From positions 1 to 37,598 of the forward strand of contig JAYZBV010000104.1 in NCBI GenBank assembly GCA_036338595.1: DNA of 37,598 nt, in the 5' to 3' direction. Below, piece by piece: positions 24,365-34,078 of this stretch. Position 1 is the first letter of the stretch, and the number at the start of each line of letters is the position of its first letter. The DNA is from Planctomycetota bacterium (GTDB lineage Bacteria > Planctomycetota > UBA8108 > UBA1146). The translations under genes and the position numbers were made by a program. The notes under the pieces are model-generated. The model was not told the DNA's origin, ran no database searches, and saw only the letters and a list, made by a program, of their open reading frames with translations.

Positions 24365-25818
24365 GCGAGGATGCCCGGCACAACTTTCCCGTGGACATCG
24401 GTGAGCCTGAAATCTCGACCTTGATAGGGATAAGTCAGTTTCAGGTGATCGATTCCCATCAGGTGAAGAATGCTTGCCTGCAGATCATGGACTGAAACCG
24501 GATCCTTGCTGATACGGTATCCCAGTTGATCGGTTTCACCGTGAACATGCCCACTCCGGACCCCGCCCCCGGCCATCCACATCGAATAGCAGTGAGGATG
24601 ATGATCTCTACCCAGGAATTTGGAGCCGTTCCGCTCCTCATTCATGGCGGTACGTCCGAACTCACCCGTCCAGATGACGAGGGTGTCATCGAGCAGTCCT
24701 CGTTGCTTGAGATCCCTGATCAGTGCGGCGACCGGTCGGTCGGTCTCGGCACACTTCTTCGGGAGTTGCGTGATGATGTCATCGTGCGGGGCGGTTCCGT
24801 GCGTATCCCAGCCCCAGTCAAATAGTTGCACGAACCTCACATCCTGTTCGATGAGACGCCGTGCCAGCAGACAGTTGTTGGCGAAGGAACTGGCGCCAAG
24901 CTCGGCACCGTAGTCTGCGAGAGTGCTGGGTTTCTCGCGGGAGATGTCCATCACATGGGGCACAGAAGTTTGCATGCGAAACGCCAGCTCGTACTGCTCG
25001 ATGCGGGTCAATGTCTCGGCATCCTCGTCGCGCTCGGCGGCAATTCGATCGAGCCCCTGGATGGCGTCGATGGTGCGCCGACGGGTTTCTCGGTCGATCC
25101 CGGGAGGGTCTCCCAGATACAGCACGGGGTCGCCACTGGTTCGACACTGAACACCTTGGTGGACAGAGGGAAGGAAGCCGGAGCCCCAGACGCTTTTTCC
25201 AGCACTGGGCGTCTTGTCACCGGAGACGAACACGATGAAGGCAGGAAGATCCCTGTTCATGCTACCGAGTCCCCAGGTCAGCCAGGAGCCCATCGAGGGA
25301 CGGCCGAATCGAGAAGATCCGCTGTAGATGAAAAGTTGCGCAGGGGCATGGTTGAACTGATCGGTATGCATCGAACGTATCAGGCAGATCTCGTCGGCGA
25401 CCCCGCCGAGATGGGGCATCAGTTCCGAGATTTCCATCCCGCATGAACCATGTCGGCGAAACTTGTAGGGGCTGGCTAGGATCTTCGGATGACCCTTGAT
25501 GAAGGGGAAGATCACGCCATCGAGCAAGTCATCGGGACACGGTTGCCCGTTGAGTTCTTCGAGCAGTGGTTTTGGATCGAACAGATCTTGCTGGGGAGGC
25601 GAGCCTGCCATGTGAATGCTGATGATGCGTCGTGCTTTGGGTGCAAAGTGCGGAGCAGAAAAACCGGGGAGCGGTTCGCCTGCCATCGACGGGTGATCGG
25701 AGATCATTGACGAGAGTGCCAGCCCGCCGATTCCCAGTCCCACCTGACCGAGGAACCAGCGCCGAGTCACTTCCTGATGCTGCTGGAGATACAACTGGGA
25801 GAGCGGATCCATCATCAA
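24361..25818 (-). CDS. DUF1501-family protein with Tat-type signal
   Basis: TRRWFLG twin-arginine motif, PHFAPKARRIISIHMAGSPPQQDLFDPKP, NHAPAQ, RPSMGSW, CLLARRLIEQDVRFVQ, WDTH, GEFGRT and GRDHHP. Confidence 0.92.
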   Translation of the reverse strand: MMMDPLSQLYLQQHQEVTRRWFLGQVGLGIGGLALSSMISDHPSMAGEPLPGFSAPHFAPKARRIISIHMAGSPPQQDLFDPKPLLEELNGQPCPDDLLDGVIFPFIKGHPKILASPYKFRRHGSCGMEISELMPHLGGVADEICLIRSMHTDQFNHAPAQLFIYSGSSRFGRPSMGSWLTWGLGSMNRDLPAFIVFVSGDKTPSAGKSVWGSGFLPSVHQGVQCRTSGDPVLYLGDPPGIDRETRRRTIDAIQGLDRIAAERDEDAETLTRIEQYELAFRMQTSVPHVMDISREKPSTLADYGAELGASSFANNCLLARRLIEQDVRFVQLFDWGWDTHGTAPHDDIITQLPKKCAETDRPVAALIRDLKQRGLLDDTLVIWTGEFGRTAMNEERNGSKFLGRDHHPHCYSMWMAGGGVRSGHVHGETDQLGYRISKDPVSVHDLQASILHLMGIDHLKLTYPYQGRDFRLTDVHGKVVPGILA

Positions 25819-28800
25819 CCTCTCACCAGGATCTCATCGAGGTTCAGCAGTACATTGGCGATGACCATCAGTGTCGCTGCCTCGGTGTGTAATTGCACAT
25901 CATCTATCTTCCAGTTACCGCTTTCAAGAAACAGCCTGGCCGCCTCCGGATCGTTCCTGAAGACCTCGAATTGCTGATGGGATAGTAGCACCAGCTGCTC
26001 GAGTTCGGCTTCTGTCGGGGGGCGGCAAGTAGCGCGCTCGAAAGCGTGAGAGATCGCCAGCGTCAGATCATTCGAGTGCTCAAGGGAGATCCTGGCGAGA
26101 CCAGCAGCCGCTTCTATCGATACGGGATCGTTCAGCATCACGAGCGCCTGGAGCGGAGTATTGGTACGAATCCTGCGCGGCATGCACACATCTCGACTCG
26201 GCGCATCGAAGGTGAGCATCGTCGGGTAAGGAGAGGTTCTGCGGAAATAGGTGTAGAGGCTGCGCCGAAGCCGATCCTCGCCGGAACTTTCTCGCCAGCC
26301 CGCGCCGTTATAGACCACCTGCCAGACTCCATCGGGTTGCGGTGGATAGACGGGAGGGCCGAACTTCTTTGCTGACAGGATGCCACCGAGCGAGAGAGCC
26401 TGATCGCGAACCACTTCGGCGGGAAGCCGGATGCGAGTGGCGTGTGAGAGCAGCCGGTTTCTGGCATCTCCCTGGCGTTGCTGTGACGTGCTGCGCGAGT
26501 CTCTGCGATAGGTCTCGCTGCTGACAAGACGTCGTAGAAGTGCCTTGTGACTCCACCGATCTTCCTCTTGCCAGGTCACGGCGAGCCAGTCGAGCAACTC
26601 GGGATGGCTGGGTAAGGCTCCCTGGGTACCAAAATCCTCCAGCGTCTCGACCAGCCCGATGCCAAACAGTTGTTCCCAGACGCGGTTGACATGAACTCGT
26701 GCAGTCAACGGGTTGTCGCTAGACAGCAACCAGCTGGCCAGAGAGCGTCTGTTCCGAGCAGACCCGGCTTCCATCGGAGGCAGGAAATCCGGTACATCTG
26801 CAGACACCTCTTCACCGACAGCGAGGTAGGAACCGCGCTCCAGGATATGGGTCGTGCGCAACTTATCTGGAGCCAGTTCGACCATCACCGGAACGCCGAC
26901 CGCTCTCGCCTCGATGGATTTCATGTGCCGCAGTGCCTCGTCGTATAGCGCTTGCTGTGGCTTCAGTATGGCTATTCCCACGGGGGAGAGTTGCTTTTTC
27001 CACCAGGTTTCCAGGTCCACAACATCCAGTTCCACAACATCCAGATCCACCGCATCGAGGTGTTGTTTCCCACCGTCGCCGCGGGTGGCGAGCAGCGCGT
27101 CACGGACCGAGGCCTCGAAGAGCACAGATGGGTTTTCACTCCAGCGGGCAAGAAAAGCTGGATAGGACCACAGGTCGCCTCGTTCGGTGGCACGGGTACT
27201 TTGCCTGCGAACTCCTCCCCACTCGATCTTTCCACCCGTCTGGGTCATGGCGATTCCGAGTACCGTAGCTCCGACCTCGACGCCGATCTTTCCAGCGTCG
27301 ACCTCGAGATGGACCCAATCACCTTGAGCAGGAAGATCACCATGGCCAAGCAGAGAAGGCTCACCATCGGTGCCGTGGGCGAATGTCGTCTGGCCCCAGT
27401 AGGCACGGTGCTCCCAGACGGTCTCGTCGTCGAGGCGCACCTGGAAAATCATCGATTCGGGCACTTCGAGGATCCGCACATCGATGTGATAGGTGTCCCC
27501 TTTGGCCGCGACATGGGGATGCAGTGATTGTTCGAAGTAGACCTGGCGGGTCTGGCCCTCGGGAGCCTCCTGCCGGATCACCATCTCGATCTCTTCTGGC
27601 GCATCCTCGGGCGATTCGACCCAGTTCCAGTGCTGCTGGTTTCCATCGACCACCTCGACGCAGAAAGGCGGAGTCTGGCCGCTGAAGGCGACGACATCGA
27701 GCGTTGAGGAATCCACAGATGTGGCTTCTGGGGGCACGATCACCACTTCTCGCGCGGCTGCATCGAGGAGTGCCAGCGTCTCCTCGACCTTTTCCGTTGC
27801 CGGGACGAGCAGTTGCTTGTCGGCGTTACCCAGTACCGAGATGACGGGGTGTTCATTGTTCAGATCCGCATCGGCACTTTGATTGAAGAAGTCATAGAAC
27901 TGATAGTACTCCTCGTGTGAGATTGGATCGTACTTGTGATCATGGCATTGGGCGCAGCCAGCGGTCAGTCCTTGCCACACCTGCATCGTCGTATTCACGC
28001 GATCTACCACAGCGGCAACCCTGAACTCCTCGTTCTGAGTGCCTCCTTCATCATTGGTCATCGTGTTTCGATGAAATGCGGTCGCCAGTTGCGTCGATTC
28101 GTCGGGGGAATCGAGAAGATCACCGGCGAGTTGCTGCATCGTGAACTGATCGAAGGGAAGATCATCGTCAAATGCCTGGATGACCCAGTCTCGCCAGGGC
28201 CAGATATTGCGGTTTCCATCCTGCTCGTATCCTTTTGTGTCGGCGTACCGTGCCTGGTCGAGCCACACGCTCGCCCAACGCTCACCGAAGGATTCAGAAG
28301 CGAGTAATTCATCGACCAGTGCCAGCCACGCTGCCTCGCGATCTTGTCGATGATCCTGCACGAACTGTTCGACTCGTTGGGGGTCAGGAGGTAGCCCGAT
28401 CAGATCGAGGTGCACTCGTCTCACCAGTGTTTCTGGTGTGGCGGGCCCGTTGGGGGTAATCCCTGCGGCAGCGAGTTTTTCATCGATGAAGGCATCGATC
28501 GGGTGCTTCTCGGCGTCAGCGGTTGGAGGAGGGGTCAACTTCGGTGGGGAAAATGACCAGTGTGATTCCCATTCGGCTCCCGAATCGATCCATCGAGCCA
28601 GCGTCGAGATGGCGTCAGCGTCGAGTGCCGCTGCGTGATCGGGGGGGGGCATCCGATACTCGGGATCCTCGGAGGTGATGCGCTGATACAACTCGCTCTC
28701 GGTTGCTGATCCCGCTTCGATAACGCCCAGCAGACCCTCTCGAACATCGAGTCGAAGATCCGCTCGCCGGGTCGCAGAGTCCGGGCCATGGCACGGGAGA

Positions 28801-28916
28801 CATTGCCTGGAGAGGATTGGCCGCACCTCGCTGGAATAACTCGGTGCATTGGCATCACGGATGTCGGCAGCGGGAGAGGTCAATAAGGCCAGCCACGCAA
28901 TAGTTGCGGCGATCAT
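25815..28916 (-). CDS. Planctomycete cytochrome c / PSD1 protein (PSCyt1, DUF1549, DUF1553)
   Basis: VRPILSRQCLPCHGPD, RMPP, HWSF, HPIDAFI, RRVHLDLIGLPP, GERWASVWLDQARYADTKGY, CAQCHDHKYDPI, NPLTARVHVNRVW, PSHPELLDWLA and TNTPLQALVMLND. ATGA overlap with the DUF1501 gene. Confidence 0.93.
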   Translation of the reverse strand: MIAATIAWLALLTSPAADIRDANAPSYSSEVRPILSRQCLPCHGPDSATRRADLRLDVREGLLGVIEAGSATESELYQRITSEDPEYRMPPPDHAAALDADAISTLARWIDSGAEWESHWSFSPPKLTPPPTADAEKHPIDAFIDEKLAAAGITPNGPATPETLVRRVHLDLIGLPPDPQRVEQFVQDHRQDREAAWLALVDELLASESFGERWASVWLDQARYADTKGYEQDGNRNIWPWRDWVIQAFDDDLPFDQFTMQQLAGDLLDSPDESTQLATAFHRNTMTNDEGGTQNEEFRVAAVVDRVNTTMQVWQGLTAGCAQCHDHKYDPISHEEYYQFYDFFNQSADADLNNEHPVISVLGNADKQLLVPATEKVEETLALLDAAAREVVIVPPEATSVDSSTLDVVAFSGQTPPFCVEVVDGNQQHWNWVESPEDAPEEIEMVIRQEAPEGQTRQVYFEQSLHPHVAAKGDTYHIDVRILEVPESMIFQVRLDDETVWEHRAYWGQTTFAHGTDGEPSLLGHGDLPAQGDWVHLEVDAGKIGVEVGATVLGIAMTQTGGKIEWGGVRRQSTRATERGDLWSYPAFLARWSENPSVLFEASVRDALLATRGDGGKQHLDAVDLDVVELDVVDLETWWKKQLSPVGIAILKPQQALYDEALRHMKSIEARAVGVPVMVELAPDKLRTTHILERGSYLAVGEEVSADVPDFLPPMEAGSARNRRSLASWLLSSDNPLTARVHVNRVWEQLFGIGLVETLEDFGTQGALPSHPELLDWLAVTWQEEDRWSHKALLRRLVSSETYRRDSRSTSQQRQGDARNRLLSHATRIRLPAEVVRDQALSLGGILSAKKFGPPVYPPQPDGVWQVVYNGAGWRESSGEDRLRRSLYTYFRRTSPYPTMLTFDAPSRDVCMPRRIRTNTPLQALVMLNDPVSIEAAAGLARISLEHSNDLTLAISHAFERATCRPPTEAELEQLVLLSHQQFEVFRNDPEAARLFLESGNWKIDDVQLHTEAATLMVIANVLLNLDEILVRG
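27011..27055. repeat. In-frame 15-bp tandem repeat x3 within the DUF1553 gene (encodes ...LDAVD-LDVVE-LDVVD-L...)
   Basis: CCAGGTCCACAACAT / CCAGTTCCACAACAT / CCAGATCCACCGCAT. Confidence 0.8.
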
Positions 28917-28991
28917 GCTTCATCCTCCCTGGCAAAAGTGTACCCCAGTCAGCAGCGGTCTCCATCCAGCGACAGGGTAACTACTTCTGTC

Positions 28992-29717
28992 TCAGGCAAA
29001 GAGGCGATCATTATCGGGGTGCCAGCAGAAGCAGCGGTACGCCGGCAAGAGGCGTTTCCACTCCGCGATGGCTCTCTGTTCGAATCCTCCCGATGTGATG
29101 AACAGGTCATCTCGCTCGAATCTTCTCTCAACATGAAGCCAGTGCTCGCCAGGAGTGAAACTCTTACGCATCTCTGCCAGTTCCAGATCGTCGATGCCTT
29201 TGCACTCGCGAGTTCGTTTGTGATCGTGGACTCGCAGGGAATAACCCTCTAGCGGCTGGAGCGCACTGGCGATGGTCGGGCGTTCATCTTCGTCTCCGAG
29301 CAGACGCTTCAGGTTTTCGCCATCCCACCACGCCTTGGGGTGGATTCTGAGTGCGAAGATCAAACCCCGCTCATCGATCTGAAGAACCAGTTGCGTGTGG
29401 ATGTAATCGGTATCCAGATCCTCGCCGATCTCGTCGCCGAGGTGCTTTTTCAGGAATGTTCGCTCCTTTTCACCCCGTGAAAGATAGGTGCACTGCTGGG
29501 CGACGCGAAAACCGTTGAACCGGTGAGGATGGTGAATGCTCGCACGCGCCACCAGCAGGTATGGCGCAGTGGAGAGGGCATCGGCTGCCACCTTGCCGAT
29601 GCGTTCCAGTTTTCTTCGAACCTCTAGCCTCGCCTCGTTGAATTCCGGGTCGGTCTGGACGCTCTCGCGAAACCTCTCGAAATCGGTAGGAAGGAAGGCC
29701 ACCTCGTCGCTGTTCAT
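28992..29717 (-). CDS. Hypothetical protein, weak resemblance to the YktB/DUF1054-like superfamily
   Basis: N-terminus AFLPTDFERF...RLEVRRKLERIG and C-terminus WKRLLPAY recall that family. GAGAGG ribosome-binding site. The family assignment is tentative. Confidence 0.6.
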   Translation of the reverse strand: MNSDEVAFLPTDFERFRESVQTDPEFNEARLEVRRKLERIGKVAADALSTAPYLLVARASIHHPHRFNGFRVAQQCTYLSRGEKERTFLKKHLGDEIGEDLDTDYIHTQLVLQIDERGLIFALRIHPKAWWDGENLKRLLGDEDERPTIASALQPLEGYSLRVHDHKRTRECKGIDDLELAEMRKSFTPGEHWLHVERRFERDDLFITSGGFEQRAIAEWKRLLPAYRCFCWHPDNDRLFA

Positions 29718-29762
29718 CGGTCAAATTCCTCTCAATGATCCGTTGTAGCCGCTGTGGGGTCG

Positions 29763-29791
29763 TTGCCGCAGCAGTCCGCACGCATTAGGGT
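29763..29791 (+). promoter_or_regulatory. Putative sigma70-type promoter of the kynurenine operon (TTGCCG-N17-TAGGGT)
   Basis: -35 at 29763-29768, 17-nt spacer, -10 at 29786-29791, about 70 nt upstream of the nbaC ATG. Confidence 0.45.
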
Positions 29792-29862
29792 ATTCCCCAT
29801 GGAGTGGCCCGTACAGGGCACATTCTCTGTTCTCAGAGCATGGCCTGGAAGGAATCAGCAAG

Positions 29863-30387
29863 ATGTCGAGTCTCAGCGCATTTTCTCTCAAACAGTGGAT
29901 CGATGAACACCGGCACCTGCTCAAACCCCCGGTCGGAAATCAGGTCGTATGGGAAGATACCGATACGATCGTGATGATCGTCGGTGGCCCCAACAAGCGC
30001 AAAGATTTCCACATCAATGAAACCGAGGAGTTTTTTCACCAGCTCGAAGGCGACATCGTGCTGCGGATCAAGGAGGGCGACGAGTACAGGGATATCGACA
30101 TCCGCGAGGGCGATGTGATGCTGCTGCCCCCTGGGATCCCTCACTCTCCTCAGCGCGGAGCCAATACCGTGGGAATGGTCGTGGAGAGAAAGCGATCCGC
30201 AGCGATGGAAGACCAGTTTGTCGTCTTCTGTGAAGAGTGCGATCACCAGGTATTTCACTCACAATTCCACCTCGTGGACATCGTTCGCCAGCTGAAGCCC
30301 CTGATGGAAAATTTCTGGGCAGATGAGACGAAACGTACCTGCTCGAATTGCGGCGCTATCGTTCAGCCGGCAGTCAAGAGCGACTAG
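29863..30387 (+). CDS. nbaC: 3-hydroxyanthranilate 3,4-dioxygenase
   Basis: WIDEHRHLLKPPVGN, VMIVGGPNKRKDFH, EEFFHQLEGD and PHSPQR, plus the rubredoxin-like CEEC...CSNC site. Confidence 0.96.
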   Translation: MSSLSAFSLKQWIDEHRHLLKPPVGNQVVWEDTDTIVMIVGGPNKRKDFHINETEEFFHQLEGDIVLRIKEGDEYRDIDIREGDVMLLPPGIPHSPQRGANTVGMVVERKRSAAMEDQFVVFCEECDHQVFHSQFHLVDIVRQLKPLMENFWADETKRTCSNCGAIVQPAVKSD

Positions 30388-30409
30388 AAGTGCCCCGGGG
30401 GAGAGTTTC

Positions 30410-31447
30410 TTGTCACTGAAGATAGATCTGCATACTCACATCTTGCCCCGGCAGTGGCCCGACCTTTCCAGGCGTTACGGTTACGATGGATTCGTCACCA
30501 TCGAGCACCATGCTCCTTGCTGTGCCAGGCTGTGGAAGGACGGCGCCTTCTTCAGAGAGATCGATGACCGCTGCTGGGACCCTCAGAAGAGAATCGAGGA
30601 TTGTGACCTGCACGGGGTCGATGTGCAGGCGTTGTCGACGGTACCGATCATGTTCAGTTACTGGGCGCAGCCTGCGGATGCCGATGACCTGTCACGTCTC
30701 CTCAATGATCACATCGCAGAAGTGGTGAAGGATCACCCTGATCGTTTCGTCGGCCTCGGGACGGTGCCGCTGCAGGATCCCGACCTGGCCATCCAGGAGA
30801 TGGAGAGATGCGTCGACGAACTCGGATTTCCAGGGCTTCAGATCGGAACTCATTGCGGCGAGTGGAATCTCGACGCTCCCGAGCTGTTCCCGTTCCTCGA
30901 ACGAGCGTCTAGCCTCGGAACATCCATCTTCATTCATCCGTGGGATATGCTCGGTGCCGATCGTCTGGGGTCATATTTCTTGCCCTGGCTCGTCGGGATG
31001 CCGGCCGAGACGAGTCTGGCCATCTGTTCCGTCATCTTTGGCGGAGTCCTCGATCGATTGCCCGAACTAAAGATCTGCTTTGCCCACGGAGGTGGTTCCT
31101 TTCCTGCAACACTGGCACGGATTGACAAGGGCCATCTGGCCCGTCCCGACCTCTGTGGCGTCAACGGTTGCAAGGCACCTCGAGAGTATATCGATCGGCT
31201 GTATCTGGACACGCTGGTCCACGATCCGAAGACGCTGGATTTTGTGATCGACATCTTCGGTACAGATCAACTGGCACTGGGATCCGATTATCCCTTTCCG
31301 CTCGGCGAGGACCACCCGGGCAAGATGATCGAGGAGATGGATTCCATCTCTGCAGATCAGAAGAGGCGTCTGCTCGGGGGCACGGCGCTGGAGTTCCTCG
31401 GTATCGAATCCGCTGTTTTTCACAGCGATGCGACGGGGACCAGTTGA
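30410..31447 (+). CDS. nbaD: 2-amino-3-carboxymuconate-6-semialdehyde decarboxylase (ACMSD, amidohydrolase family)
   Basis: KIDLHTHILP, QALSTVPIMFSYWA, FIHPWDM, PWLVGMPAET, FAHGGGSFP and LGSDYPFPLGE. Start taken as TTG 30410. Confidence 0.94.
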   Translation: MSLKIDLHTHILPRQWPDLSRRYGYDGFVTIEHHAPCCARLWKDGAFFREIDDRCWDPQKRIEDCDLHGVDVQALSTVPIMFSYWAQPADADDLSRLLNDHIAEVVKDHPDRFVGLGTVPLQDPDLAIQEMERCVDELGFPGLQIGTHCGEWNLDAPELFPFLERASSLGTSIFIHPWDMLGADRLGSYFLPWLVGMPAETSLAICSVIFGGVLDRLPELKICFAHGGGSFPATLARIDKGHLARPDLCGVNGCKAPREYIDRLYLDTLVHDPKTLDFVIDIFGTDQLALGSDYPFPLGEDHPGKMIEEMDSISADQKRRLLGGTALEFLGIESAVFHSDATGTS

Positions 31448-32748
31448 TGCAATCGGAGAATGAGAGACCCCTCCAGGATGCCGCTTCACGGGATGCGAAT
31501 GAGCCTCTCGGTCAATTCAGGGATCGGTTTCATATTCCAACGCGGCAAGATGGAGAGCCTCTCATCTACTTCAGTGGCAACTCGCTCGGATTGATGCCCA
31601 GGAAGTGCTTCGAGGATGTCACCGCAGAACTGGAAGCGTGGCGAGATCTTGCCGTGGCGGGGCACCTCGAGGGTCGCCACCCCTGGTACCCCTACCACGA
31701 GTCCTTCAGGGACAGTGGCGCGCGGCTCGTCGGCGCGAAGCCGATCGAGGTCGTGTTCATGAACACCCTGACGGCGAATCTCCACTTCCTGCTCGCTTCC
31801 TTCTATCGGCCCACAGCCGACCGGAGCAAGATTCTATGCGATTCTCCCATGTTTCCCTCCGACCTGTACGCACTTCAGGCTCAGGCGCGATGGCATCGCC
31901 TGGATCCAGACGAAGTGGTGCAGGTGATGAAACTCAGGGAAGGGGAGAGTACGCTGCGAGATGACGATGTGCTGCAGGCCATCGATGACCAACGAGATGA
32001 ACTGGCTCTCGTGATGTTTTCCGGTGTCAATTACTACACCGGACAGGCCTACGACATCGAAGCCATCTCAGCGAGATGCCAGCAATACGGAATCACCTTT
32101 GGACTCGACCTTGCCCATGCAGCCGGAAACCTAGATCTCAAGTTGCATGATCACGGTGTCGATTTTGCTGCCTGGTGTACCTACAAGTATGGCAACGCAG
32201 GACCCGGAGCGGTGGCGGGAGCGTTTGTTCATGAGCGCCATGCCGATGATCAGGAACTGGTCCGATTGGCAGGCTGGTGGGGGAACGACCCGGCCACTCG
32301 CTTTCGGATGGATGAGAACTCGAAGTTCATCGCGCATCCGGGTGCCGAGGGGTGGCAGGTCTCCAACCCTCCCATCTTTTCGATGGCACCGCTGCACACA
32401 TCGTTGGAGATCTTTGACGAGGCAGGAATCACTGCACTGCGTGAACGGTCGATTCGCCTCACTGGATATCTCGAGCAACGCATCGACTCCATCGGAGCAG
32501 ATCACTATCAGATCATCACGCCACGAGATCCTGATCGCCGTGGAGCGCAGATCTCCATACGGGTGATCGGAGATGCCAGCGCACTCCAGCAATCGCTGGA
32601 GGAGGCGGGGATCATCACCGATTTCCGGCCCCCCGATGTGGTTCGCGTCGCCCCGACACCGCTCTACAACACCTTCGAGGAGATCCATCGGTTCACCGAA
32701 GTGCTGGAGAGTGTCGCTCAGATCGGTTCGAAGCGGGGGAGGGACTGA
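31447..32748 (+). CDS. kynU: Kynureninase (PLP-dependent)
   Basis: YFSGNSLGLMP, MNTLTANLH, FPSDLYA, FGLDLAHAAGN, WCTYKYGNAGPG (PLP lysine), LAGWWG and RVAPTPLYNTF. TGATG coupling to nbaD. Confidence 0.96.
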   Translation: MQSENERPLQDAASRDANEPLGQFRDRFHIPTRQDGEPLIYFSGNSLGLMPRKCFEDVTAELEAWRDLAVAGHLEGRHPWYPYHESFRDSGARLVGAKPIEVVFMNTLTANLHFLLASFYRPTADRSKILCDSPMFPSDLYALQAQARWHRLDPDEVVQVMKLREGESTLRDDDVLQAIDDQRDELALVMFSGVNYYTGQAYDIEAISARCQQYGITFGLDLAHAAGNLDLKLHDHGVDFAAWCTYKYGNAGPGAVAGAFVHERHADDQELVRLAGWWGNDPATRFRMDENSKFIAHPGAEGWQVSNPPIFSMAPLHTSLEIFDEAGITALRERSIRLTGYLEQRIDSIGADHYQIITPRDPDRRGAQISIRVIGDASALQQSLEEAGIITDFRPPDVVRVAPTPLYNTFEEIHRFTEVLESVAQIGSKRGRD

Positions 32749-32749
32749 G

Positions 32750-34078
32750 ATGGCTACCGGGTCGATCGTCATCGTTGGCGGAGGCCTGACCGGAGCGCTG
32801 GCCGCCCTGGCCCTCGCCAGCGACGGATACAAGGTCGATCTGTACGAGCGAAGATCTGATATTCGTGAAGCGGAGGTGATTCGCGGGCGTAGCATCAATC
32901 TCGCCATCTCGGAACGTGGATTGACCGCCCTCGAACGTGTGGGCCTCAAGCAGAAGGCGCTGGAAATGTCGGTACCGATGCGTGGCCGACAGATGCACGA
33001 CATCGGCGGTTCACTGACGTTTCAACCCTACTCTGCAAATTCCGACGAGAACATCCACAGCATCTCCAGAGGTGAATTGAATCGGATTCTCATCACCGAG
33101 GCAGATCGATCAGATCGAGTTCAACTTCACTTCCACCACCGCTGTATCGATCTCGACACGGAGGCGAGTGTCGTCACCTTCCTGGATGATCGAACCGGAG
33201 ATCGGATCGAGGCGAGCGGTGACCTGATCATAGGCGGGGACGGTGTGAATTCCGCGGTTCGTGGTGCTCTGACCGATGCAGATGACCTTGAACTTCAGCA
33301 GTCCACCCTGAGCCACGGATACCTGGAACTGTACATCCCTCCGGCACGCGGTGGCGGTTTTCGGATCGAGAAGAACGCTCTTCACATATGGCCCCGAAAA
33401 TCCTTCATGATGATCGCACTTCCCAACGACGACGGCTCTTTCACCGGAACCTGTTTCTGGCCGCTGGAAGGGGAGGGCTGCTTCGGCAATCTCGGTGACG
33501 CCGCGCAGGTCAGTGACTATTTCGAGCGCTGGTTTCCCGATGTGCCGGATCTTGTCCCAGATCTTGAAGATCAGTTTCTTGCCGCCACCCCATCCACCCT
33601 GGTGACCGTCCGATGCCAGCCGTGGGTGGTCGGGGATACGGTTCTGATCGGAGATGCTGCCCACGCAGTGGTGCCTTTCTACGGCCAGGGGATGAACGCA
33701 GGATTCGAGGATGTGCGCATCCTGTGCGAGCAACTGGAGGCTCACCCTGGCGACCAACGATCGGCTCTCGAGAATTACGAGAAGCTCCGCATCGACAACG
33801 GCAACGCCATCGCAGATCTGGCCATCGCGAATTTCCACGAGATGCGAGACCATGTCGCAAGTCCGTGGTTTCAGTTGCGCAAGAAATTCGCAAATCTGCT
33901 GCAGAAAATGCTGCCGGGCTGGTACCGTCCCCTGTACTCGCTGGTTTCCTTCACGAACACACCCTACGCAGAAGCGATCGAGATTCACCGGAGGCAGACG
34001 CGAATTCTCAGCCTCTGGTCGATCTTCATCCTCGGTGCCTTTGTCTGGGCGGTGATCTGGATTGTGAGGAATGGATGA
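32750..34078 (+). CDS. kmo: Kynurenine 3-monooxygenase (FAD-dependent) with a C-terminal hydrophobic helix
   Basis: IVGGGLTG, GRSINLAISERG, LHIWPRKSFMMIALPNDDGSFT, IGDAAHAVVPFYGQGMNAGFED, NFHEMRDHV and PLYSLVSF. Confidence 0.95.
   Translation: MATGSIVIVGGGLTGALAALALASDGYKVDLYERRSDIREAEVIRGRSINLAISERGLTALERVGLKQKALEMSVPMRGRQMHDIGGSLTFQPYSANSDENIHSISRGELNRILITEADRSDRVQLHFHHRCIDLDTEASVVTFLDDRTGDRIEASGDLIIGGDGVNSAVRGALTDADDLELQQSTLSHGYLELYIPPARGGGFRIEKNALHIWPRKSFMMIALPNDDGSFTGTCFWPLEGEGCFGNLGDAAQVSDYFERWFPDVPDLVPDLEDQFLAATPSTLVTVRCQPWVVGDTVLIGDAAHAVVPFYGQGMNAGFEDVRILCEQLEAHPGDQRSALENYEKLRIDNGNAIADLAIANFHEMRDHVASPWFQLRKKFANLLQKMLPGWYRPLYSLVSFTNTPYAEAIEIHRRQTRILSLWSIFILGAFVWAVIWIVRNG

Noticed and set aside
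24361..28916. DUF1553-DUF1501 pair as a novel system
   Set aside because: It is functionally uncharacterised but a very common, previously described paralogous module in planctomycetes. Nothing locus-specific was seen apart from the small repeat.
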